This document shows, piece after piece, positions 25,101-37,700 of a DNA stretch of 51,458 nt (position 1 is its first letter; every line of letters starts with the position of its first letter). Under the pieces are notes generated by a model. That model was given only the letters and a program-made list of their open reading frames with translations, was not told the DNA's origin and ran no database searches. The stretch is from Raillietiella orientalis (taxonomy: Eukaryota), in assembly GCA_036172245.1 (NCBI GenBank), contig JAYWIR010000164.1:1-51458 (forward strand). Reading direction: 5' to 3'. Both the position numbers and the translations under genes were made by a program.

Positions 25101-25984
25101 CGTTCTTTCGCTTTTCGATTTCCAAAAGGAGCTCCAGGCACGTCTCTTTTGTGTGCCCGGGCTCGTTGCAGTAACGTCACGCGGCCGTGGGACACTTCGT
25201 TAGGCGGTGACCCTCCTGTTCGCATTCTGAGCAGAGAAGCGTTTGCCTCGCAAACCACAGGTGGACTTTGATTCCATCCAACTGTAGTCGCGTGGGCATT
25301 TCCCGGCGAACCGCCATCGTCTGTCGCACCTGCGCGAACCCGCTGTGGTGTTGTTCGAAACGCTCAGCAGAATTTGGCAACCTCCAAAGCGCGTGAACGA
25401 AAGCAAATTTTTTAAGGGCCTCCACGTCCTGGCGGTTCGAAAGACCCTTGCTCACTCCACTCAGCCGGACAACGAACAACTGATCCGTAGTGGTGAGGAG
25501 TATTTCCTGCCCTCGAATGAGCAGCGGCGTGGACAGCAAACGCTGCCGAAGGAGAGCGTCCTTAGTGGACACCTCCCGGAAGCCGCACCCACTCATGGGC
25601 ATGTTAAACTCCAGCTGATCTCTCTGAACTTAAATCCGTCGGAGTTCCTGGCCAAACTCGCGCCCAATCCGCTCAGGCATAAGAACACTTACCTCATATC
25701 TGTGTGCAGGCGTGTAGCCATTTGCTACCTACGTCTGCGGCTCAGGGTTGTCGGGAGAAGGTCCCATTGTGGCCGCGAGGGCAGCGACCTGGGCGAACTT
25801 CCTCGCCGTCGGCGAGGACAGTGGCTCCTTGCAAGCAGCAGAAATTGCCATCTCAGGAGCAGGAACGGTTCCCTTCTTGCGGCTGATATACTTCTTTGCT
25901 CCCATTGCAGCACAGAAGCACAGCAGAACAGAAACACAAAAGATTCAGCCTACCGCGGAGCGACGCAAAGCACGTCCGCACGCG
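22139..25984 (-). mobile_element. Family B (lineage X-like) element, 5' part: 5'UTR, ORF1, EN, linker, RT up to LHKAFD
   Basis: ORF1 CSECEQEGHRLTKC (25177-25602); EN EDFN and SDH (22783-23622); RT PGEDG, WRPITL and NLHKAFD, cut at 22139. Confidence 0.92.
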
Positions 25985-25987
25985 ACC

Positions 25988-28434
25988 GGCGCGGATGCGG
26001 GAGAAGGGAGATGTTTTCGCATCTTTCCGCTTAGCAAAGGTGCGGCTCCTGCCGAAAGCCGGAGATTTGCGCCACCTCAGCAACCAGTATTCGATCATCT
26101 TAATGAATTCAAACGTCAAGTTGTCCTACAAACTTTGGGTCGCGCGGCTGGGGAGAATCGCAGCGTCCTTGGTAAGTCCGGTGCCGAAGTATGCTGTTCC
26201 TGGGCGGTCCATGGACGCGAATCTCTTCTTCGCGCGAACATGGTTCGAGTTGGAGCAGCGCGTTGAGCAGCAGAGTCAGGCAACCGAAATCGCCGCTGCC
26301 AAAGGTAAGCGGCGATGTTCAAGGCACGATGGAACCCCAAGGTCCTTAGCGGTCAACGTGGATCTCAGCAAATCGTTCGACAGCGTAAACCAGGACCTCC
26401 TTCTTGAGCTTCTGGGACGCCTAGGCATCTCGACCCACCTTATCGACTACTAATGCTCCTGCCGGCGCCACGCGTTCTGCTGTATCTCTTTCAGCGGGCG
26501 TCACGTGTACGGCGTCCCAATACGGCGGGGTATCATGCAGGGAGACAGCCTAAGTTCCCTGCTCTTTAGCATTTTCATTGAGTTGGTGCTGAGGTCGTAC
26601 AGGCTGACGTTGGCCAATCTGCCGAGCTCCTGCACGGGAATACCGGCCGTGGTCGACTATGCTGACGACCTTCTCCTGAAGCTGCCCATGTCTACCTTGT
26701 CGTCCAGGCTCGAGGACTTCTTCGAGCTCATTCGTCGTGGAGCAGGCTTGACCGTCAACAGGACGAAATCAACCTTTGTACCGGTTGGCTCTACGTGGGA
26801 GGGGCAGTCCGACTGGATCCGGCTGTGAATCTTCACGGACAGGTGCTTTAAGTACCTTGGCGTTCCGTTGGGCGCATTCTGTTTAGCATAAGCGTGGTAG
26901 GACTGCCTTTACAAGGCTGAGACTGCTCTCGGCCCGTTCCAAGGAGTCAGGTTCTTCCTGTCGGAACAAGCCTTCGTGTGGATCAATCTCGTTGCCCCCT
27001 TCTCCGTCCCCTCTTCTTTGTTTGTCTCCCTCCGTACTCGGCAGAGCGGCGGTCGCAACGCTTGTTGCGGAACGCCTTGTGGGGAACGCCGAGGTCTAGT
27101 ATCCGCCTTAAGGACTTGGCTGCTCCTCGTCGGGATGCAGGATTGGGCATCATGACGTTGGAGGGGATCAGACTGCTAGTGGAGTTCCGCATGCGGGCAC
27201 TTTGTGCGGAGCTCTGTACCACTCCCTGGTGTGCTGCAGCGCGGCTGCTGCTGCGGAGTTAAAAGATTGGTGACGCACTTCTTTAGCAGCACCTACGTAC
27301 GGAGCGCGTCAATGAGAGGATTTGGCATCACTGTGAGGCAGCTCGCCTAGCTTATAGGAACGTATTCATGGAAGTCCTGCCTGCCGACGAACATTAACTC
27401 TTATAGTTAGGAAGCTTTATCCTCCTGGGCAGCGCAACAGGATGTATGCCGTTTGGAACTCCGTTGCGTGAACCTTTCCCCATACTTTCCAGTGGGGGAG
27501 GTGCTGGAAGACCAGGACATGTGGACACGCCTAGCCGCTACGCCACTCGCCGAAGCACTGTCTGCACTGATGTTGCGAGACGACAGTGACCTGCCGGCGA
27601 GCAAGGAGGTCGCTTGCTACATCGCAGGCGAAACCCAACTTCTGGAAGGCTGGCGGACTTCCAAAGTGGCAGACGCTGCCACACTTCGCCTTCGTGCCAA
27701 GGGACTTCTCCGGTGGAACGAGCACCTCGGGGTGCCCACCGATAAACTTGCGGTCCCATCTGCGTGTTTGGACGCGACTCTCTTCCCCCTTTCGTTGGAA
27801 ACAGGACGCTTTTCTGCTTTTGCATTAGAGTTTGTACTGCAACGAGCGCGCGCAACTGGTTTCCGTTAAAGTTGCGTCCCCGAACTCTGCCAAGTATGGA
27901 GCGGTGGAATCGCTTCCGCATTTGCTGTTTGAATGCAATGCCTTCCAGGAGCTCTGGCGGTGGCCGTCTTCAGCTATCTCACCCTGGACACATCGCACTG
28001 GATTGGATGCGTTGCTTCTACACGCGTGGCGGTCTTTCTCTTGAAGCGGTCGTCGCACCCATCTGTTGCGTCCGCGCCGTTGTCAGGGCCTGCCATGCAT
28101 TGCACATGCGAGCAGTCCCATCATCGGTCCCCGACACAGCAGCCTGCAACCTGCAAATGTCTGCCGGGTGGCCAGAACTGGAGGCAGAGGTGAGGACGGA
28201 GATCGGCCGCATTTACCGCTGGTTCTCAGAATAGAAACGGTTGAACTGCATACCCCTTTACCCGGCCTCCCTCTCAATTTATTTATTCATTGTCCCTTCC
28301 CTCTCGTGTTCCGAACTCTCAGTATGCCCTGCCTGCGTTCCGGTAAATCTATACCCCATCTTCTGTTCCCCTTTCCTGGGAACACAGTTCCCAGATGAGA
28401 TTATAAATAAACGTCCCGGCGAAACCGGGTAATA
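25988..28434 (+). mobile_element. Family B element, 3' part from RT start to 3' terminus
   Basis: VRLLPK, DLSKSFD, MQGD, YADD (26505 ORF), ESLPHLLFEC; AATAAA 28406-28411 and perfect CCCGG-CGAAA-CCGGG 28415-28429. Confidence 0.92.
28406..28434 (+). promoter_or_regulatory. Conserved 3'-terminal signal of family B: AATAAA-CG-Y-CCCGG-N5/6-CCGGG-TRANA (best copy)
   Basis: Related copies at 8238-8266, 22109-22138, 31324-31352, 33745-33770 (+) and 45325-45354 (-). Confidence 0.8.
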
Positions 28435-29257
28435 AACGACAACGCTGCATTTTTTAATCTGTTTGCTTGCCTGCTCTTTTTTCTGGTGGTACGCGAGCTT
28501 TTTCTGCAATCTTATCTCCTTCTTACTCTTTTTGGCTGTTTTCACCTGTCATCCAGGGTCTTGGTCGTTTCCTTTGACCTTTTCGCCGGTTTCTCGTATA
28601 CGGCCTGAGCCTTGTGCGCTGCTGGCGTAGCCTTCGCGGCAGCTTTCGCCTCCAGCCTTTTCTGAAGCAACCGGTCGCGTTTTTTAAGTTTCCTTTTCGA
28701 AACCACACCCACTGCTACTTTTGGGCACACCTCTCGCGTGTTATCCATTTTCCCACATACTTGGCACTGCACGCTGGGGCACCTCTTTTCGAGGTGAACG
28801 GAATTATTGCAGAAGCCACAGTATTTGGTCTTCCCCACATACCAGAGGTCGATTCACTCTCTCCACCACCAGTTTGGATGGAGAGTGGAGCCCTTCCGAA
28901 CGTTTAGGCGTGCAGCTATGGGGTCGTGTTGCAATCTCGTGTAGTCCTCAGAAGGACTAACTTACCACCACTGCGCATGGACTGTTTTAAATTGCTCTAG
29001 CGCGGCGCGAGCCTGTTTTTCACGCAATTGGGCGGTAACGCCTCACAGACAAACTACCATGCTGCGATCCACCGAAATGAGGAGGAGCCGCATCCAGGCT
29101 CTCCATGGCCTCTGGTGGCGGCGCTGTTGCTGCCCACTGGGCATTCCTGGTGGTCGCGTCAGGCATCGCTTTCTGATCGATCACCAAACCACACGACGCT
29201 AGCACTAGGGGAGACTTCCTTGCAAAAGAAGCACCGAGAAAACATGTCCGCCCTACA
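28435..29257 (-). mobile_element. Family B (lineage Y) element, 5' part: 5'UTR and internally deleted ORF1 with two knuckles
   Basis: CGFCNNSVHLEKRC and CQVCGKMDNTREVC; KKLAYHQKKEQ...CSVVV cut at 28435; 5' motif near 29240-29257. Confidence 0.85.
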
Positions 29258-29258
29258 G

Positions 29259-31352
29259 CGCACAAGGCGTTCGACTGCATTATCCAGGAATTCTTTCTTG
29301 CGCTACTGTGACACCTAGGTCTCCCAGCGCATCTCGTCGACTACTTGCGATCCTGCTGGCACCACAAGTTATGCTGTATCTCTTTCGGCATTCGTCACGT
29401 GTACGGCGTTTCCATACCGCGGCACATCAGGCAGAAACAGTTCCAGCCCAATGATCTTCAACATCTTTGAGTTGCTGCTGAGGGTGTACGGTATTACGCT
29501 TACCAACTTGCCGAACTCCTGCCGTGGAACTCCGGCTGTGGCCGGCTATGCTTACGACCTAGTCCTTTTGTTCTCCATGTTTACTCTGACGTGCAGGCTC
29601 GAAGACTTCATCGAGCTCATCCGCGGAGGAACGGTCCTGAGCGCCAACTGCACGAAATACACCGTTAAACCGGGTGGCTCTACGTGAGTGGGGCAGTCCG
29701 ACTGGATTTTCCTGGGGATCCCCACGGCCTGGTGCTTTGAAAAGCTTTGTGTTTCCTTGGGTGCCTTCTATCCAGCAGAAGCGTGGTAGAACTGTCTATA
29801 CATGGACGAGACTACTTTGGGCCCGTACCAAGACGGAAGGATACTCCTATCGCAACGAGCCATCGTGTGGAACATTTTCGTTACCGCCCTCCTTCGTCCG
29901 TTATTTTTTGTATGTCCCTCTCTCTACCCGGCTAAGCGTGGGGCATAACGCTGTTTGCGGACCACCTTGTGGTGACCAGCAAGGTACAGGTTCCGCCACA
30001 AGAACTTGGTGGATTCTCGACGGGATGCCGGCTTGGGCATTCTGCTTCTGGAGTGCATCGGATTGTTAGTGCAGATCAGCATTCTGACACTTTCTTCCTA
30101 GCTTTGGACGACTTCCCGGTGTGCTTCAGCGCGTCTGCTGCTGCGGCGTTGCAAGTGTGGTGACGCACTTCTTTCGCAGCACCTACGTACGGAGCACGTC
30201 ATGAGAGGCTTCGGCTTTACTGTAAGGCAGCTCGCCTCGCTTCTGGGAACGCATTCATGGAACTCTTGCCTGCCGACGAACATTAACTCCTACAGTCAGG
30301 AAGCCATATCGTCCTGGGTAGCGCAACAGGATGTGTCCCGTTTGGAACTCCGTTGCGTCAACCTTTCCTTATTTTGTCCAGTGGGTAAGTGTTGAAAGTG
30401 TAAGCCAGGACAAGAGGATGCTCCCATCCGCTATGCCCCTAGCCGGAGCGCTGTCTGTCTTAATGGTGCGTGACGACTGTGACCTACCAACAAGGTGGGA
30501 GTCCGTTCGCGCTATCGCAGAGGTAATGCGGCTTCTGGGCGGAGGGAGGGCCTGCGAGCTTCGAGACGCTGCCACGCAACTTATTTGTGCCAAAGGACTT
30601 CTCCGGTAGAGCGAGGTCCTCGAGGTGCCCGCCGAAGAATTTTTGGTCCCTTCTCCGTGCATAGGGGCGATTGTGTTCCCTCTTCCGTGGAAGCAGGACG
30701 CTTTTCTGTTGGTGCATTGGGGTTTGTTTTGCAACCAGCGCGCGTACATGGTTTGCGGTAGAGTCGCGTCCCCGAACTGTGTAGACAACGGAGCGCTGGA
30801 ATCGCTACCGCATCTGCTATTTGAGTGTGGTGCACTCCAGGAGCTGTGGCGGTCGCTGGCCTTAACTCTCCTGCACCAAGGGGACACCGCAAGAGACCTG
30901 ATGCGCTGCTTCTTCACGCCAGGCGGCCGGTTTTTACGTTCCGTCATCGCAACGCTCTGTTGCACCCGCGCCATCGACAGGACCCACGGAGAGCTGAAGA
31001 AGCTCCATATTCTTCGTCAACCTACCGGAATAGCCAACACGATCATGTCGTCGGCTTCCGATAGGGCCCCTCTTTCAGTGGACGTTAGGAGCGAGATCGC
31101 CGGCATCCTTAGCAGGTTCTGAAAGAAAGGAACTGCCAAATCAAAGACCTCTGTCCTTAAGCTCTTAAATCTTTATTTATGTTTTTGATATGTATTTTTG
31201 TGGTCCCTTCCCTCCCATTCCAGACTTGCGGTATACCGACATGTTTATTATAGCGCGCCCGGGTTCCCCGCATCGTTTCTCCTGTATCTTTTGTTCGGGA
31301 ACTCTGTTCCTGGATAGTTTATACATAAACGACTAGGCGCATCCGGGTGACA
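29259..31352 (+). mobile_element. Family B element, 3' part from RT HKAFD to 3' terminus
   Basis: HKAFDC starts at 29261; degenerate YAYD near 29548; ESLPHLLFEC (30625 ORF); terminal CCGGGTGACA 31343-31352. Confidence 0.9.
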
Positions 31353-31955
31353 AACACCTGATTCCCCGCGATAGCTTCTATCTCCTTGTCGTCCACTGCG
31401 GTGATCGTGTGGATCTCCTGCAGCAGGGTCAGTTCGATGTCACGCATAATGTCGCCCTGAACTGTTCTGTTGCCGTCGTCGCGCAGCAAGTTGACATTCC
31501 ATTAGGCGACGAGGATCCAACGGCGACAGGAGAGTCCAGGTGTTGCTGCTGGGACATCATCGCTGCGGCGACTGCCACCAATTGGGGACGAACGCTGGGA
31601 GGAGGAAGGAGGTGCTTGGAGCACCTGGTTTCCCTCCCTCATCAGTGCAGGCTCGTCAGCCAGTTGCCCGAAGGTGGGGTCGCGCCTACCTGTGCGCCCC
31701 CATCCATGTCCGCGGGCTGTTCAGTATCGGCGTCTGCAGGGGGGATTCCGTCCCCCTGCTAACCCTCATTAATCGGGGTGGCCTGCTAGGCGGCTGCCGA
31801 GCGTGGAAGATCCCTCTCCGGGATTCCCACAATGGTGACGGATTCAGCTTTCCCCTTCTCGCTCGTCCACGGAAGGAGTGTTCTAGATTTTCGGGACTTG
31901 AGTCCCGCACGCTCGGTGGTGTCTCCGAGGAAGAGTGGCTGAAGGTAGGCAATGT
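31353..31955 (-). mobile_element. Family B fragment: ORF1 C-terminus and EN start
   Basis: WNVN near 31490-31501; LTLLQEIHTITAVDDKEIEAIAGNQV cut at 31353; TGATG at 31555-31559. Confidence 0.8.
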
Positions 31956-31959
31956 GCCG

Positions 31960-33770
31960 GTCTCCTGTCCTGGTATACCGGTCGAGGCAGCCTAGGCCGT
32001 CAACCTCCTTCTCCTGATACCAACGTCTAACCCGGCGGCAGCGCTTGAAATTTTCCTTGAGTTGAACCGTCGCGGAGCGGGCGTGAGCGTCAACAGGAGC
32101 AAGTGCATGGTTGTTCCGGTGGGAGCGACGTGGAAGGCGCACTTCGACTGGATATTCTGGGGGATCCCCACCTCATAGGCGCAGGTACATTAAGTACCTT
32201 GGCGTGCCTTCGGGCGTCTACTCCGTCGCTAAAGCGTTCTCAGACTGCCTTCGGAAGAAAGAGAGTGCACTTGTCCCGTTTGCCGGTAGCATGTTTGACA
32301 TGCCGGAACGGGACAGCATATATGACACCTTCGTTGTTTCCCTCCCATGCCCCGTGTTTTTTGTCTGTCCACCCCCCAAAAAGTCCAAGTCTGGGCGCAG
32401 AGACTTCTACTCAAAGCGTTGTGGGGCGGTGCAAGGTCTCGTATGAGACTTAAAGACTTGGTGGAGCCACGTCAGGTTCCAGGTTTGTGCACCCTCGACA
32501 TAAACAGCGTCAAGCTAGACGTGCAGTTTCAAATGCTGCGGCTCTGTGCAAAGCTGTGCTGTACACCATGATGCTCACCCGCTCGCCTTAAACTAAGGCT
32601 CTGCATGGGTAGCGAGGCACGGCTTTCGTTGCGGTTCCACTTTTGGCACATCAGAATAGGGTTTGGCCTCCCGTTGAGGCAGCTGTCCTCACTGCTGGAA
32701 GTACAATGTTGGATCTCCTGCCGCCCCATGTACATTGCTGCATATCGGCAGAAATTGTTTGAATCGTGAGCAGCTTCCGAAGAAACGCGGCCGGAAGATC
32801 TTCGGCGCCTGCGACTTCTCCACAGCCATTCAATGGACAAAGTCATGGAGGACACGAAGAAGTCGGATCGTCTGGCCGCCACACCACTCTCCGCGACGCT
32901 GTCTGCCCTCAGGACAATCAACGACAGTTGCCTGTCGGCGAAATTGGACTTCTCCAGTACAATAGCATGAGTCAGCAAGCACCTCGGCGGCAGGACAACT
33001 AAGGAGCTGGTGGAAACTTCCACTCCTCGGAATGGGGCGCAGGGCCTGCTTCTGTAAAGCGAACATTCAATTGTGCCCCCGAAGATACGGGGGTTCCCCC
33101 TGTTAGTTTGGATAGCTCCGTGTTCATCTTAAAGTGGAAACAAGATCTGCTACTCGTTTTACACTCGATCTTTCACTGTAATCGGCAGCGAAGCATCGTT
33201 TCCGGGGGAGCTGCTTTGCCAAACTGTTTGAGTGGCGGAGAGATCGAGTCTTTTCCGCACCTCTTGCTGGACCGCAGTGACCTATGTGAACTGTGGCGAG
33301 GGTCGATTTCAGCCATCCTGCCGCCGGGAGGCACTCCCATTGATGTGCTGCTACGCTTCTTCAGCAGGAATGGATTTTCGGTAGGCGCGATTGTAGCAGC
33401 CATGTGTTGCCTTCGCTGTATCGTAAAGACTTCCTACGCCCTGGAGTTCTCAGTGCAGAGAAGGGAGGCTCACCTGCTTGCAGGTGAATCCATAGGAAAG
33501 CCTGCAAGGTGTCATCATGTTCGTGCTGAGGTAAAGTAGGACATCACCGGCACGCACCCCTTGTTTACAGACTAGAGAACGGCGTAATCCGGTGAACCCT
33601 GCGACCTCTAGGCCAATTAGTATTTTATCCCGGGCTACGTACTAGGAGAAATCTCTTTATCATTTTCACGTCGTCAGTTGGGTGGCTGTTTCCGGACTGC
33701 TTTATTTTTTATAGTTGTTTTTTCGTGTTCATATTTTATGGAACCTAAGCCCCGGCTTCACCGGGTAAGA
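31960..33770 (+). mobile_element. Family B (lineage X) element, 3' part from the RT YADD region to 3' terminus; close relative of 6310-8266
   Basis: GVSVNRSKCMVVPVG and IKYLG; 33108 ORF closely resembles the 7432 ORF; CCCGG-CTTCA-CCGGG 33751-33765. Confidence 0.9.
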
Positions 33771-34795
33771 AATCTACCATGTGTGATCTAAGGAGATCAC
33801 GTGGATCTCCTACAGCAGCACTAGGTCGAAATATGCCAGGAAGGCGTTCCCGTCTCGACTCTTGCTCTCGTCCCTCCGCCCGTTTACGTTCCAACAGGAG
33901 ATAAGTAGACCACGGCGAGAGGCGATTCCCGGCATTATGGCTGGAAAAGTGGCGTCGCTTCACTTGCATTGTAGCAGGTGTTGTCGAAGTTCATGGATTG
34001 GACGGCCGCGTCAGACACTCTAGTAACCTGCAGCACGGCCTCAGCCCCCTCAATGTCCTCCGTTTTACGTTTGTCAGGTGGCAGGTCCCGGCAATTTCCT
34101 ACGCTCATTGCGCCCTCAGTTCTGGAAGCCATCTTTTCCATTTCTACGGATGAAGCGTTCTTCCGAGGATTCGTGGAATTCCGTTTGATTTTTCAGGGGG
34201 ATGCCGTGGCAATGGATGCTTGGAGTGCGAGATCTCAAAACTATTTTTACACGCGTGCCACCACAAGGTCTTTTGAGTCACGTTGGAAGGTCGCTACAAC
34301 AATGGAGCGAGCTCCTCGGTCGCTCGCTCCTGAGCAACGACATGGAGTTCACGTTTGATGATGAACGCCGCATCGCTACCCTCCTTGTTTACTTTGTCAT
34401 CGGTGGTTTGAACGCTGGCAGCAGCGAGTTCATGTGTGTCGCACTCGTCGATGCCTGTAATCTCCTCAGCTACCGCGCGGCAACTTCTAGTTATTTCACA
34501 TCGCGGCGCGTATTCGACCCGTTCCGCGACGTTGTCTACTTTTTTATATTTTTTGGAGTTGACCACAGATCAACCTGGCTTTTCGCTGTTGCCCAAATCC
34601 TGTTCGGCGTTTTCAGCCGGCGTCCCGGAGATGGACTCCGGCTTGGTGGCGGAGGTTGCCTCATTAGCTGAAGCTAGAGCTGCTAACTTTTTCCTTTTCC
34701 TTGCCGCGTGCTTCGTCGCGTTTCGAGCGGACAGGACAGTGACCGAATTTTGGGGCACATCCGCCGAGTGTGTGCGATTGGTTCTTTTCAAGTAA
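33771..34795 (-). mobile_element. Family B (lineage Y) fragment: ORF1 C-terminus and EN start
   Basis: TEGAMSVGNCRD resembles the 8428 and 16371 ORFs; TAATG 33933-33937; WNVNG and FDLVLL*EIHVIS. Confidence 0.85.
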
Positions 34796-37700
34796 ACCAG
34801 AATCTGAAGAATAGTTGCATATTTCGGTGTATTTCAGCAGATGCTCTCATAGTTAGCATAGAAAAATGCAGGTTAAGTTCAAACCTGCTCATCGCATCTT
34901 TCGTTGAAGCACACGGAATTTGGAAACAACGCCATTATTCGTTGGGTTGTGTGCAGATTAGGATCACAATTCGAATATGAGCTGCAACGCTAGCGCTTCT
35001 CATATCAGTCAATTGATTTTAGGACATGCATAGCAGCAGCCTAAAGCCGTGAATGCTTTCTCGTCGCGGGCGTTAACTCAACTGGTCCGTTGCTTTCTCT
35101 TCCGTCCATTGATCGCCATTGGGCTGCTTGATGCATTCTGGCAATTCTGGTAACCCACACATCGCCGTTTGTGCTTTCCAGCGGCGAAGTAGCGAGTTAG
35201 CTCCCTATCCATGAAGCAGCACGCCGTGTTTCTGCCGAGAGATATCCTTGTAGGGAGCCATCAATTGAACACATCTGCATGACTTTGAGCTACAGCACTG
35301 AAGCCGTGCATAAACAGGTCAGATGATCACATGAACTTTGACCCGGACGCACCGCACTCGCAACCTGGCTTGAATGTGTGCACTGCATTTAATGGGGACG
35401 CGAAACGAAAGACACGGATCTGGTGGTCTAACGTTGGATTCTCTGCGCATTGATGGGCTTCTTCAATGGTTCAGCTATCTTGGGAAATCAAATTAATAAA
35501 AAAGGTAAACGGTCTATTCCCTCACTACAAAGCAGGAAATGTTTTATTTTTCTCTCATTATGAACTGCTTGCAAGATAGTATTTGTCATGGAGTTTTTCG
35601 CCATCGACTCCATAAGGGGTGTAGAAACCTGGGGCGAATTCTAAATAGCATGAGGAGTTTACATGGAATTCGCATGCCACACTGAACGGGGTTGATATGT
35701 GTGCGAAATTTTCCAACCCTATAGAATTTCTGAAAAAGAATAGTTTCGGTTAAAATGGAGAACCAGATATTTGGAAGAGAAGGCGGTCGATCTGGATGTT
35801 ATCATTCCGTGAGTTCTGTAAACGCAATGATTGACTCTCAAGAAAACTTTGGATTTGCACCTTAACATTTGAATCTCAGAAACTATGTGCAGAACGAGAG
35901 AACCGTAACGTGCATTTTTCAGCTTCCAGCCACGCTGTCATGTCTTTAACTGTTGCGAGGCTTCATTTCCTCGCAAGTTTATCATAGGTGATAGGAAAAC
36001 CACAGAGAGACAGCATCGATCCTCATCCACATGCTTTCATGCCTTTCAAAATGCGAAAGTTGGCAAGAACTTAGTTGAACGTTTATCGTGTTAGCAAAAC
36101 CTCATAGAGACGAGAACAGAAGTCCCTATTTGAAATGCATGTCGTATACGTGAGGAAGTAACAATGCAATGGGAGCAAAGCAACGTGTATGCTTGGATGC
36201 GGAAATATTAAGGTCTCTTACCTGTTTTCAGGTTTTATTATGCAAATAGAAGTGCAGGGACCTCCGCTGAAATAGACGGTCAATACCCTCGGGATACCGC
36301 CAGTCTGTGGAAATTGAGATGTGATTTCCTAGGGCGTATTGTCATCTTACCGTGACACTGACAGAGCAGTCTTCTAAACGTTCCGCTGGCCGTGTATTCG
36401 GTCCCCATCCTAGCGTGCAAACATCGGGAAATTCATCCTGCTTATTTGGAATTTCCAAAAGAAACGAACAGTTTCCAGTGTATTTCCAAAATTGGTAGTG
36501 TCTCCAGGTCGGGTGGACCCTCAAAGCGTTGGCGGCAGACATGTTGATTCCCAAGAAAAGAATAAGCGCCTGCAAGAGCAGCTGGAACTTATGATTAATC
36601 TTTTTGCGGAATTTTCCTATGTAGTGCTTGATCCATGGAAGGATCCAGGATTTGAAGAAGAAAACGAATTGAATTTCCATGCACGCATTAAGATTTCTCA
36701 TGCGCGTGAGAGCCTTCTACAGAAACGAATTGTGCTTCTCGATATTATAGCGTTGCGCATTGCTTGCAATCACAATTGAACAACGCAAGGACTACAGCTG
36801 ATTTGTCCCGTTCCGTGTCCTTGCGCTCCCAATTGTCCTACGATGTTATCCCTAGATGCACCTTAAACTGAGAAGTCTTCTGAAGTTTTGCTCTTCACAT
36901 CTAAGGCATCCTCAGCATCGGATTGCTCTTCTAGGAGACTCCTGCTCATGATGTCATAACTAAGGAGTCTTAAGCTTTGCACCAGCAAGCGCATTTTTCG
37001 CATAAGCTAGAGAGTTTAACAGAAAACGTCGTTTTGTCATCTGCAAGAATCCTAGCACACTTCTATTCGTACTGATACAAGGTAGGAACAAACATCAGCT
37101 CAGCCCGCATCTTACAGTGCTGCTAACTTCGAGTAGTGGCCCGCTCGTATTGCATCCGACAGCGGTTCGAGAAAGGAATAAACGTCTCAATCCTCAAAGA
37201 AGGAATGAACTGTTAAATGTCGCGAATAGCGGTTGGCAGCCCTGAAAAACGAATACTCTGACTGCTCAAGAATGCTAAGCGTGCAATGCTTCACGGCTTG
37301 CATCCTAGCATGCAGGCCGAGGAACATTGTGTTGCCCTCATGGTTTCCTGAAGGAGGAGAGGAGGAGTAAAACAAGTCGACCAGTCGATCCTGATATTCT
37401 GATTGTTGTTCCTCTAAAGAGTGGCCAGGCAGGCTATTACCGTCCGCCTGACTAAAGTGTAAGGAATGCAAAAGACACTCACCATGTGCAACCTAGGAAG
37501 AATCATTTTGCCGGAGTTCTTGTGGACTGCTTAATGTTGCCTACAGCAGACTACGATTCGGCAACAAGACGCCACGTGAGTTGTAAGGGTGAATTGCGAA
37601 GTGAGCGCTCCTTCTCGAGAATAAATGCAGAATCCGCCATTGAACAAGTGTTTGCGGCTACACAATTAGGTCATCTAACATTAAGTTATCACGAAATGCC

